A DNA stretch of 63,877 bases, the filler included, from Collodictyon triciliatum (lineage: Eukaryota): NCBI GenBank assembly GCA_043381765.1. It is 12 parts of 12 records of this genome, joined end to end, with 100 filler letters (N's around TTAATTAATTAA, not from the genome) between each part and the next. Parts side by side here need not be neighbours in the genome. Positions count along the whole stretch, not along the records: positions 1 to 5,097 come from JBHJMP010005492.1; positions 5,198 to 10,297 come from JBHJMP010005493.1; positions 10,398 to 15,491 come from JBHJMP010005494.1; 9 more parts are not named here. One strand, 5' to 3'. Positions 1 to 13,400 of this stretch are shown here, in pieces. The translations under genes were made by a program, and so were the position numbers. The notes beneath the pieces are model-generated. The model ran no database searches. It saw only the letters and a program-made list of their open reading frames with translations, and was not told where the DNA came from. Every line of letters begins with the position of its first letter. The stretch's first letter is position 1.

Positions 1-53
1 TTTTTTTATTTTTTTTTATTTTTTTTTTTTTTTTTTTTTCTATTTCTTTTTTT

Positions 54-85
<32 letters not shown>

Positions 86-861
86 GGTTGTTGTTGTGAT
101 CGAATTCCTAACTTATTTCTTGGTTGGGTTCACTTCTCTATCAGTAAACAAAAGGTTTATTCCCCTTCTACCTTATTTTCTAAGACGGGAATGGTTTCAT
201 CTCAGAAAATGATATTTCTATTTGTTATGTTTAGTATTGATTTATTTCTGCTGATTCTATTCTCTCAATTTTTCTTATCTTAACCGACATAACTTTACTC
301 GCGCATGATAATTGTATGTCCATAACTCATGTACTTTAAGATTTAGAACAAATGCATATGTTTGACTGTTGTCTATTACAAAAATAATCCAGTAGGCGTA
401 ACAAAGAGCCGTATTGATTTGTTAATGGCGCGAGTGGACTGATTCCGATATGCATAGAGATAAACAGAGTGCTCGTTGGACTCGAAGGGTCTCTGCATGT
501 CTTACTGAATTACATCGAAGTTGTTGAAGCAACCCATTCAACTGTTTGTTTCGATTGCGATTCACAAATGCTCGCACGAAGAACGACACAGCACCATACG
601 CTATATGGATGACATCCTTCATATATTACATTTCATGATTTACACAACACTTTTCATATGCAAAGCCTGCAAACTTATTTTACTTATTATATGCAAGCCC
701 AATTTTCATCATGAATCATTAATTTGAGAATACAGATTATTTCGCTTACTTTCTGTGAGATTATCTGTATCGTGTTTCTGCTTTATTTAGAAACAAATTC
801 CTCCTTTTTTTTAATCATAGGAAAAGGAAAAGATTGTGAAAGGAGCGGCGTAGCGATTCAT

Positions 862-3800
862 TCAAACACTGTCCACATATTTAAAGAACTCTTCAGAATC
901 CACCGAATAGATGCTTCCGATTTCGTTCGTCACATCAACACCAAATTCATCATCTCCAATAAACACCTATGTTTTTTGTTTTGTTTTTTCAAATCGCATC
1001 AAATCAAATCGAATCACATCAGATCACATCAGATCGCACCAAATCACATCAAATCGCATCAAACGATTACCGTATTCCACGACCGACTCCCACCACCTCC
1101 AACCTTCCGATTGAGTGTCGCGTCCACTCCCAAGCGATCTGCCAGAGCCTTAAACATGAAAGCTCGATGCCGCGAGACGCCCTTTCGGATGGACCCAATC
1201 AGAACGGTATTGCTTTGGGCTTCGCTCTTGCACCGTTTGATTTCCGCGTCAATATCCACTGTGTGGTCCGGTGTAAACATCCCAGACGATGGTGCGTCAT
1301 AGCGCCCTCCAAGTGCCTCTGAGACGGCCGACGCAATCAGTGCGACAATGCTGTTTATGTCCTTTGGCATAATTGGATTATGCGATTTATTGGATATGAT
1401 TAGTGGCACATTTAATCCAATTTAATAGGAAATACGTATCCTGGGTGAATGAATATTGGATGATTGGCGTGATGAATCCTACTTTGATCGATTCAGATTT
1501 GTGTTTCAGATCGGTGATGATGCTTTCAAGGTTGGTGTCTGCTGAAAAATCCAAAAGAAGGGTTTCTCTGCGGCTGTTAATGGCCGTTTTTGTAATATTT
1601 TCAAGCGAGATGAATGCAGATTCGCCGATGTCGTAAAATCCTGTTTTTGTGATGTCGCATGCATCAAGTTTGCCCATGTGAAAAAGCTTCGCTGAAAGAT
1701 CTATATGTGAATTCATGGCTTAGTTTACCGAGGAGAGTTGAAATCATACATGGCTTAAATATCGCAACGCAAAATTCAATAAGTTGATGGCATTTGCAAG
1801 AATAACAATTGTAAAATCTATCAAGGATTTTGAATAAATCATGTATTACTGTGACTGTGAATTCTATTTCTAGCTTCCCGAGCATCGTGGTATAGCTCCT
1901 TGGCATTAGAAATAAGAACTTCCAATGTGTAATCCAGGACTCCAAGGCGACAAAATTCCATGGCATGCTCCTCTGTAACATCATCGGTGGAAGGTTAACG
2001 AAAAAAACGTCAATTCCAAAAAAAAAAAAAAAATCGAAGAAAAAAAAGGTGGTTCACCTTCATTAAATAATAATGATAATAATAATAATAAAATAATAGT
2101 TGCCTAGACTGAAAATAAATTTTACCCTCTTTGCAACATATTGAAACAAGTTGTAGCGATCTTTTGGCGATGGCACGATTTGTTGCTTTGGACATTAACG
2201 CAAGTGTCTTTTTTTTTAAAAAAAAAAACATTATTTTTGGTGTAATCTTCATTGTTTATGCTTGTGATATGTATAGAAAGAAATATTATCGATACATGAA
2301 AAAGGGTAAGTCTTTATTATGTAATTTAATCCTTGAAATTTTGTATTGTCTACTCGATGAAGGGTTGCACAAATGTTCGTCAGAAATAAATATTAATTTG
2401 CCATCTTTTCGCACTTACCTGATAACCTCCAAGTTTTCTCAATTGGTCCCGACTTTCAACTTAAGGAAAATACATTATTTTTTTTTATTCAAGATAAAAA
2501 AATCAAGATGGTATTATTTCGTAAGAATTGTGTTGTGTAAAATCGAAAGACTGATCGTTTGAAATGTTCCAAGCACACATTTAGTTTCTCCTTACATGAC
2601 ATGCAACATCGGTAAAGGATTTCCAGAGCGAGGATGGTACAATCAGAATTTTGAAGCAAACCAAGGAGGGTCTGTATTCCATTTTGTCTTGTGAAATATG
2701 AAACTGATTCCTCTAAATTCAATGTTTAAAGTTTTAACATTTCTAAAACCTATTAAACATGTGTACTTCTTTTTTATCTTTGCTATGTTCCAGCATGTAA
2801 GACGGCAAGGTAAAATCTCACGTTCCCATAAAAGTGACCCAACAGCCGAGAGAATAGTGTGAACTTTGACTCCGTGTATTTCACCGCTGAGGATTTCCAA
2901 GAGGTACTTTAATCCTCCACTCTTCTTGAAAGCGATTCTATTTTCTCCTATCATTTAACATTTACTGTAATGTCAATTTTACATACGCACACTAATAACT
3001 GTTGTTGTTCAATAATGTTGGATTTGCGACATCTCTATGTTCGTTGAAAGAAATGTATTTGAAATACCATGTTGGTAAGTGAGTGGTGAAACTGTAGAAA
3101 CAGCGATATGTTGAAGTGTCTTTGATTCCGATGATAATTGGCGGCATATAATTGATATAATTTCCGTTCGTTTGATTGCCTCTCTTACATCAGCTATTGT
3201 TGGGGGTTTTAGTACCATTTTGTTTGCGTTTGCAAATTGTATATCTATGCCTCTCATGCAAGGACATGAGTCAAAATTCATGCAATTCAAACACCGTGGT
3301 ATGTTATATCCCATAATTCAATAGACAATGTTTTACCTTTGGTGCATATCGCCCCGAGTAATTTCATTCCACTCGCCACGAGAATCTCTGAATCCGATGT
3401 TATCATACTGACGCACGCTGAAAATGCTCCGCTGCGTTTCATAATCTCTATTCCGTCTTCTACTTATTCAAATGTTTCAGTAAGCGTATCAAAAGGAGGG
3501 GCATTCAGTTGATTGCTGCAGACGAACACAGCCTCGTCGATCGATATACAAAGGTAAGTTTGATGATAAATCAGACCAATTTTGGCGAGATTCGCAAGGG
3601 TAACGACACTGCTCACTTGTATATCGAGTATAGGTTGGCTGAGGAGCTTTACCAATGGCTCCACACCACCAAATCGTATTATGCGTATCTGGTTTTTAGC
3701 TAAATTCAAAGAGGAAAAAAAAGTCAATTATAGTTCAAACATATTATCAATCCAAGTATATTTTAGTGCTATTGTGACGAATTTGCATTACTGTTTCCAG

Positions 3801-4962
3801 ATAGAGCAGAGAGAGCTAAAACAACGTTCTGCAATAAGTCATTTGGCGGTGCTTCCATCGTCAAGAACTCGACCAAGTACCTCACAGACCCAAATCCTCC
3901 AAATTGTTCGCGTGATTCAGCTGCGGCAATAAACATATTGCTTTGAATTGTTGATTTTCATAAGCAGTGTATACTTGTCTGACTAAAAACAAAAATAGAA
4001 AAATAGAAAGAAAAGGTGTGGGTATATGAGCTCACCATCCAAGGAATGACACGCAATACAATGCGCACCGGCACTCCATAACTCAGGATTATTTTCAGCC
4101 AGTATTAGGTTATGGATATATTTCAACCCTCCCATCTCTCGAATTTTCTTTCTATTAGGGACTGTGATAGTAATAGAAGCGATTAATACTCATTGGATAA
4201 ATTCTATATATTAAACAAATATATCATCGATGTAATAATCATGAAATAAGATATCCCCTGAATGTTATGAGGAAATGTATCAGGCTTGGTTATTGTTATG
4301 TATATATTCCATGATTAAAACAAGAACCTCATAAAGGTAATAAAATTTACATAAAAGACCACATCTTCCAAGAACAAGGGCAGCCGGGGCAGTTGATGAT
4401 GTAAGGCTTTTGATAATCTCTGTATAAACTTGAATACCATCCACACTTGACAACATAGTAGCAAATTCAGCTGATTTTTTTTTTGCATAGTACAGATTAT
4501 TGTGATTGCAATGTAATAGTGTATCTTGGAGTAAATATGAAATAAATATATTAAAGCTGCATATTATAGACGATTCGACTATTAAAATAATGTATTTCAT
4601 AATAGGATGTTAAAATTCAGACGAACCATCAAGAGTGAGAACAGACATCAAAATATTGACCCCACGAAGCAATTCTTCAGGGGCATTTTCTTCCTTTAAC
4701 ATCTGAAGAAGGATTGTGTGCGCATTCAAACTTTTTAATTGAGAAAGTGCAGGTTCTAAAATAAGAAGGCGATATCACATGAATTGAACATCCATGGAAG
4801 AATATTTAAATATCCATACTTATAAAAATTATTTTGTGCGCTATTCAGTTAGCTCAATGTCGTGATTAGATGGCTATTAATATTAAGTAGCTTTAAAACT
4901 TGATTCCCACTTTCTTGTCCGATTCTTTCGAGAAGTGCGGCTGCACGCAATCGTGAAACCAT
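862..4962 (-). CDS. ARMC3: Armadillo-repeat protein with C-terminal EDR1-like domain (ARMC3-like), multi-exon
   Basis: ARM-repeat exons (NQIRIIRFGGVEPLVKLLSQPILDIQVSSVVTLANLA; ENRIAFKKSGGLKYLLEIL), then KLDACDITKTGFYDIG and the EDR1-type motif IGSIRKGVSRHRAFMFKALADRLGV...SWNTV. The last exon (862-966) ends in TGA. The start codon at 4962 is tentative. Confidence 0.75.
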
Positions 4963-5097
4963 TTCGATTTCTGTGGATGAGAAAATAGTCAGGAGCTCGC
5001 CCGCCAGGCCGCTCTGAAAGAGTATTCCACGGCGATGGTCGTTAGTGGAGAAGTCTTGAGAAAGGTATCCGTAGAAGTGACTAAGGGTGATTTGAGA

Positions 5098-5197
5098 NNN
5101 NNNNNNNNNNNNNNNNNNNNNNNNNNNNNNNNNNNNNNNNNTTAATTAATTAANNNNNNNNNNNNNNNNNNNNNNNNNNNNNNNNNNNNNNNNNNNN
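5098..5197. other. Artificial contig linker (N44-TTAATTAATTAA-N44). Identical linkers at 10298-10397, 15492-15591, 25778-25877, 30970-31069, 36160-36259, 41350-41449, 46542-46641, 51727-51826, 56921-57020, 62104-62203
   Basis: Identical 100-nt spacer carrying stops in all six frames, recurring about every 5.2 kb. The gap at 20685-20729 is a plain scaffold gap without the linker. Confidence 0.97.
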
Positions 5198-5297
<100 letters not shown>

Positions 5298-6079
5298 GGG
5301 GAATAAAAGAGGCCTCAAACTCAAGCCACCGACCCACGGGTAGCGAGATAAGTATGAATATAGTGTTCAATATTAGTTGCTCTGATTCATTTTTCCTTTT
5401 TCCTTTTTCTTTTTTCTTTTCCTTTTCATTTTCCTTTTTACTATTACTTTTTTTCCCGGTCTTATTCAGCCTGTAAATGGATATACTCCATAACAAAGGT
5501 TGTGACGAACTTAGTTTTATCCCTTTCAAGGCACTACACTTTTTATACAAGAAAAGGTACCCATATACATAGCAACTTATTGCACAGACAACCATCGAAT
5601 TAAATCTGGATTGACGAAAGCAGGAGCTTTGATGAATCAAAGAAACAACCAGAATAATGTAATAGTATGATTAGTATATAATAAGGTCAAAAATACTTAA
5701 TAATATCATTCTATTCTTGTAATCAATTTATGTTTTATTTTCCATTCATGTAGTATTAAAATTCAAATCCAAAAATTACAAACAAGCCCTTGCCTTGGCC
5801 CAGACAGAACCCACACCATAAACCTACCACCAAACATGGATTTCAAAAAAATAAAATAAAAATACTATCCACATTTGCGGCGATAATCATGTTGTTTGGG
5901 GCCGGTATGTTGACTTTCAATCACAATGGATATACAGCTGTCCTTTCGAACTCGGCAAATCGGCTCTCAGCGTTTTGTCTCAAATTATAAAAAACTTTGT
6001 GTGCTTATTTGCCGCAATGCGCACATTTTGAACGTCTCGGGAGATGCTTAATTTTACATAAATTGATTTTATGCGGTTG

Positions 6080-6179
<100 letters not shown>

Positions 6180-6277
6180 CAATTAATTAATTAATTAAAT
6201 CGACAAATTGAGTGAAGTTTTATTAAATTGAAAACTCGGTTGTTCTCTAGAGGAAAAAGTAAAACAAAGACTTTCAG

Positions 6278-8179
6278 ATGAAGAAAAGAAAACGCCTTGA
6301 GTCTGAGAATCTAATGTCTGTAAAATCACACTATCGAAATGTGAAAACATCTCTAAAGTCGATTGTAAAGAATGGGGATAACTATGACAAAATCAACAAT
6401 ACGGTTTTATTGTGTCATAATTTGATTACCGACACTTATCTATCTGTTTCCAAGATGTTACACATTGAAATACAACTCCCAAAAATCAATGAATTTTTTT
6501 TTAATGCTTTAAAGACGGTCAATATAGTTTCACAAGATAGACCTGCAAGATTACAAAAAATCCAGAAATGAGTAAAGACTTGATGATTTTTATCTCAATG
6601 ATTTTCGATTCTTTTTGTCCCGAGAAGAACGCTCTCGGTTGATTGGACTGTCTCATGCATTACTGCCCTACTTGGCGAAGCAAATGTTAACAGCTTACCA
6701 TAATAACGTTAAGGCACATTTTGTAAAGAGGTTACTGCGCTTTATAAATCAAACAGTTCCTTAAGATGAGAATATGACGGAAGCTATTAAAAAGGCAGAG
6801 TTACGAAAGTTAAAAAAAGCCATCTTCAAGAAACTCGAAATACTGGAACAATATAAAAGATGGACTATAACGCATTTGCATCGTATCATCCCCAGCGATA
6901 TTGTAAAAAGTATCGAATATGATGTCAAAGTCAATCCAAATAAGTACAATACCATGTCTGATTTACACGAATCGCATTTTTGAAGACATTGGAGCCAAAC
7001 TGTTTCAACCAATATCTGTAAAAACTAACAATATACCATGTCATATTACTCTAGAAACTGCATATTTGATAGATCTATTAGTATCAAATGGAAAAACATA
7101 ATTAAAGAAGAATATATCAGGATGCATAGAGACCCTATGAGATAAGTTCTTTGAAATGAAGAAGAGACTCTTTCATCAAAGAGACTGCAATTTCAAATAC
7201 ATGATACAAACAGGCGGCTTGGCAATGTCATTATTGTTTGAAAAGAAAGGGTATTTCAAATTCAAATTCCAAAAATAATAATAAAAACCCAAGAATATGT
7301 TTATATAGATGAACTTTCCGAAAGGCAGCTATCTTTATTAGCGACAAAAAAAAAAAAAAAATAGTTTGAGTGGACACAGGCAAGTTTAATTTTGTTTACA
7401 TGGTGGATGAGACAGGTAAGAAATTACGTTACACGGCACACCAATCAACACATGATAGCAAATCTCCTCAAAATCACAAAATACTATTGCGCCAGAAAAA
7501 GGAAGTACAATGCTTCAGGGATATGCATGGCAACAGATTTACAAAGTGCTATTTCTTTTGGTCTGATGACTTTTGAAGAGAAACAGTGGTTTGAGACATC
7601 AAGAGTATCTTTAATCGATTCAGAGACAGACCTGAGTAAATTTAATTCACGCACAGTCGATTATGAATAGTTTCGAAAATATGTACCTATGAAATCAAGA
7701 TACCAGATAGAACTATCCAGATTTTATGAACACGTAACTTTTCGAAAGATGAGATGGAGACAGTATGTTAATACAAAAAGTGAACAGTTGTTTATGGACG
7801 GAATCGAAAAGACATTTGGCAAGGATGCTGTACTTGCGTATGGAGACTGGAGCAGAAAATGTCACATGAAACATTTCATGCCAACAATCGGAAGGGGATT
7901 ACGAAAAATACTATCCAAACGTTTTGAAACATTTAGTGTGAATGATTTTAGAACCTCCAAGATATGTTGCAACTGCGAAAAAAGAGCTGGAATATATGAT
8001 ACTGAAAGGAAATAGGAAAAAAAAAAGTGTATATATGTCTCATATGTAAAGACTCCAATCGCCCAGAAAGCAAAAAAACAGCATTCTTGACAAGGGACTT
8101 TAAGAGCGCTAAAAATATACTCAAGAAAGTTCTTTTAATCCTAAAAAAAATATGCCTACACCTCGCTCTAAAAAAATAG
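6278..8179 (+). pseudogene. Fanzor1 (TnpB-derived RNA-guided endonuclease), disrupted by multiple frameshifts and stops
   Basis: Collinear motifs across frames: YRNVKTSLKSI; YLAKQMLTAYHNNVKAHFVKRLLRFIN; KLFQPISVKTNNIPCHITLET; YMIQTGGLAMSLLF; RuvC-I IV*VDTGKFNFVYMVD (D at 7373); ETDLSKFNSRTVDY; FYEHVTFRKMRWRQY; AYGDWS...MPTIGRGLRK; VNDFRTSKICCNC; CLICKD; RuvC-III RDFKSAKNI (D at 8096). No clear spliceosomal exon structure, unlike the host genes. Confidence 0.9.
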
Positions 8180-9170
8180 GCTGTTGGGTCTTTCCTGGCA
8201 GTGTTTATTATTACGCAACCTTTGTGAAAAAAGTGGTGAGACCTTGGATGCTAGCACACCACGTTTACCAATCTTTCGATTGACATACTCCTCCTAGTTT
8301 GCACAATAATTCAGCTGTCTGGTGGTGATATTTTGTGGTTTTTTTTTTCACTCGCCCCAATATGGGTACTTTGCTCCAACAAAAGAATTATAGTACGAAC
8401 AAACGAATCGATTGGTTTTTATTTTTATTTATTTATTTGAGATGCATCACCCAGGGTTTATCTTGATCGATCAGGACTAACGCTCTTGTATTCAGCAACA
8501 ATATCTGGGAGCTATTATTCATATTTCATCTCGAAGCTACGTCATTTTCTTCTATCAGGGCACAGCTACGTGCTTATGGTCGAGCTCTCAGCCTTGAGAG
8601 AGAAAAATTTACTACGAGCCCGTTCAATCTCACCTACTTTTATGTAGTACTGTTGAGCGAACATTCTGCTTTTTATGATTTATTATTTAAGTTTAAGCTA
8701 TTTCTGGAGGAAACGAGAATCATTCACTTGGCCATATCGCGGCGACTGGAACCTTCCAAGATGAGTTAGGCTAGAAAACTCACCAATTACTCTTGACAGC
8801 TCGTATACAATCACGTGGAATTCGTTGGTCTGCCGCGTAATCCTGACGAGCAGCATTACTGGCCTAAAAAAACCATGGAAGTAGCCAGATAGGGTCCCAA
8901 AAATAAAATAAAGTAGGATAAAATAAACAGATCGGGAAAGCGAGAGGATGCATTGGTATTTTTTTCTTAGTATTTTATTGTGTGGTCATGGTAGACACGG
9001 CTTTTAGTGCAGGGGACTATGGTGGAAAGGGTGCTACATCCTCCATACTTCTGTTTGTAGTAAATACCTGTGACGTTCCAGATGCCATGAGTGAAGAAGA
9101 GAAGTTATGGGCATAGTATTGCATTCCCCAACAAGGAAGGCAAAGAGAAAGAGAATAAAATAAAATTTAC

Positions 9171-9952
<782 letters not shown>

Positions 9953-10481
9953 CTGAAAAGGAAATAGGGATAAAAAAGAACATTAATCGAATGGCTCAAA
10001 TTAGACAACCAAATAGAAATATTTTTTAAAAAAAAAGGATTGAAAGACACAGAGGACATAATAAGTACACAGTAAATGTATTCCTCGTAGAATAGTATAC
10101 GACTTTCACGCGATAGTGAACTTCAGACATTTTGTTCATAAAATATATATAAAGGGTAAAGAAGAAGAAGAAGAAGAAGAAGAAGAAGAAGAAGAAGAAG
10201 AAGAAGAAGAAGAAGAAGAAGAAGAAGAAGAAGAAGAAGAAGAAGAAGAAGAAGAAGAAGAAGAAAATAGAATATATTTTCAACTCTATTGGAGGTTNNN
10301 NNNNNNNNNNNNNNNNNNNNNNNNNNNNNNNNNNNNNNNNNTTAATTAATTAANNNNNNNNNNNNNNNNNNNNNNNNNNNNNNNNNNNNNNNNNNNNTTT
10401 TTTGTTTTTTTGTTTTTTTTGTTTTTTTGTTTTTTTGTTTTTTTGTTTTTTTGTTTTTTTGTTTTTTTGTTTTTATTTAAG

Positions 10482-13400
10482 AATTTTCGTCATTCGAAAA
10501 AAGCTGTTGTTACACCACAAGCAATTAGTGAATACCAAAGGGGATACATGCAACGTTCTCCTTCATGTATTCCCAAGGTTATCTCAAGATTTCTTTCACT
10601 TAAAAAACTCATTCATCACCTGTATTGTTTTGTAACCCCTCTCGAATTTTCTTCGTCTTGCCTTCCCACATCATACATAGGCCTGTATACAATAAGCTGA
10701 TCGAAATAAAAGGTCATTGTTCCCCTTCTTATTTTTCATGCGACGCTGTTGCCATTGTCGTAAAATTCAAGACAGACCAACTAAATGAATTGGTAATATC
10801 GGAAAACGTCACTCAGATGCTGGAGGATGTATATGCGTGGGTTTCAATTCAAATTAAGTCTGTCTGGATCTCGAAAAATTTGAATGAAAACTTTTTTTTT
10901 CCTTTATAAATTTGAATGAAAATATGATGTGCTTTCGGTTTGGTCCTTTTTAAATAAAAAAAATTTTTCAATACAGACTCGCGTTGAACATCTTCGGCCA
11001 ACACAGCATTCATCGAGTGAAGGCTGGAGGTAATGAACAAACTCAATTTGAGGAGCTCTCATCGCACCTAGTCTCAGAAAAGAAACACTTTATACGCGTT
11101 AATGAGCTTTTCCCCTAAATTGAACCATACGTTTGCTGTATTTTATCATATTGGATGGATATGCTCTCCCAGGGTTTCGACTAATCGTCTGTGTTCAAAA
11201 TAAATTTCGATATTATCATTTCAGATCATCAAAAAGTATTATTCCGTTCTTGGTATCTTTCTTGATCTCATCATTTTTAATATAAATTTTAGGGAGTTCA
11301 GGGAATTTTTGAGGACAAAGCACATCCTTTGGGATGTGTTATGGCTTCACTGGAAATACTGCACAATATCCTTCTTTTATCCTCGAAATACAAAGAAAGA
11401 GTATGCAAAAAAAACCATACATTTGCATAACTATGATATTTTGTATGTAAAAAAAAAAAAAAAGGATGTTTTCTATGAATCGATCTTTATAATTTTCGAC
11501 TCGTTAAAGGTGCATGTTTCTATCGGCATTGGATGTGGAGAGGTTCACGGTGGGATTGTCAACTGCAAGAAAAGGTGCTTCGATATCATAGGAGAAGGTA
11601 AATAAACCATATTTAAAAAAAAAAGGATTTTACAAACCCGTTTTAAATGCGTTGATTTAACAGGTTTGGAATCAGCATTCCTCTCTTTGAGTCTAACAGA
11701 ACCAGGAGAACTTGTAATCGATGAAAAAGTGATGATAGATGCACCGGTAAATGGACCATCATTTTTTACTTAATCATTCAATACATAAAATTTATGCTTT
11801 GTGCGATATTTTATGATTTTTCTCAGAATTATTATGCAGGAATTGCGTGAATTTGCCACTTCTGGGAAAAAACTTCAAGAGAGAAACTTTTTCACTCTAC
11901 AATACTCGCGATATACGGCTTTAAAATCTGGTGTTACCAATGAAATCCCAATTACTCCTGTCTATCAAGATTACTTCAGGCCCGAGATAATGGATGATGT
12001 TTGAATTTTTTAATCCTTTCGAATTATGCTAGATAGAGATATTTATTGTCTCATTGATAGATAGATAGATTGTTGATGATGCGATACTTGTTGAATATTC
12101 ATTCTTTTGTAATATCATGTAATCATACGTAATTAGTACATCCCTCTAATTCTGAAGACATGGGCCCAATTTAAATACATATTTCGCAGATGAACCAAGT
12201 TGAATGCGAAATCAGGAATATGAAAAAAAAACACCCATATTTTAAATTCATCGGAGATCTTCGATTTAATGACAAGGTCACTGAGGTTGAATACAAAACA
12301 TCCCTATCTTCCCACAATAGTTGGCAAACCAATCGGTACGTAAAATTACATCTTGCTGTTCTAAGCATCATAATTTTAATCAATCCAAGCGTAATTTACG
12401 AAGCATTGATACCAAAACATAATCGTGCAGGGTTGTGATTATTGCTTTGAGTCTGTGTTGCTTGCTTGGTGGTGGAATTGATATTGGATTATTTGTCGAT
12501 TCCAATATACATATTACCTTCCAGAACCACTTTTATATTCTGTCGAGGTTTTTTATTGTCACTCCTGTCCTCGCTCTGTCTTGTTTGCTATTTATTTCAA
12601 AAAATGAAGAGTACTCAAAGCTAAAGGGCTACAGGCTGAATGAATGGAATGCTTCATATTGGATTGGTCTTGTTTACCTCATTTATGTCTTGGTCAGAGC
12701 ATATTTTGTTTTTCTGAATGATTCGTTTATGAACCAAAACGATATCTGGAACGCTACATACTTCAATGGAGAAGTATATATTTGGGGGATATTTTCCTTC
12801 TCAGTCATCACCATTCGTCCGTTTTACTTTATTGTTCTTTACATCCTCTGTTCAGTATCCATAGTGGTATATGCACCTTCTTTCTGGACTCATGACATGT
12901 AAGTTGAAACATCAATATTCCCATTTTTCTTGTTTGCTTCATTTTCTCTCATTGTAGATCATGGAGAAGGAGAAGAAAAAAACCATTGTCAAAATGGTTG
13001 CTGATGGATTAAACTCCTATTAGGTTTCCATCAAGAATTGATTTCTTTGTTTATGTCATTTTTGACTTCATCGTCCCTCAAATAATCCTGTGGTATTCTT
13101 TGGTGAGTCAAGATCGGCAAGCTCGTCAGGAGTTTTTATTTCAGGCACTGATGGCCAAGGTATTAAATTGCCATTAAACCCTTTTCATTAATTTTTTATT
13201 CAGGTACAAATAACTTATTTTCCTCATCTTTGATATTTTAATTCATACCGTTTTTGTAATGATAACCGTCCTGTACTCGTATTGTAATTCAAGGTGAAGG
13301 TGATGGTGATTTTTTTTTCCTTTACTCGATTCAAAGATGGTGATGGTGATGGTGATTTTTTTTTCCTTTATTCGATTCAAAGGATGGTGATGGTGATTAT

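Noticed and set aside
185-620. Exon-like fragments: EF-hand-like DGNGFISENDI and PIF1-like FVNGASG / PIQLFVSIAIHKCS
   Set aside because: Short, mutually inconsistent motifs with in-frame stops. No coherent model can be built.
6183-6198. TTAATTAATTAA resembling the assembly linker
   Set aside because: Not flanked by Ns. It is a natural AT repeat next to the (TTA)n tract.
6224-6231. TAAATTGA, similar to the mimivirus early promoter AAAATTGA
   Set aside because: Imperfect match, and expected by chance in AT-rich DNA.
13299-13397. CRISPR-like repeat-spacer appearance
   Set aside because: Only two units, the 'spacers' are duplicated target sequence, the context is a eukaryotic intron, and there are no cas genes.
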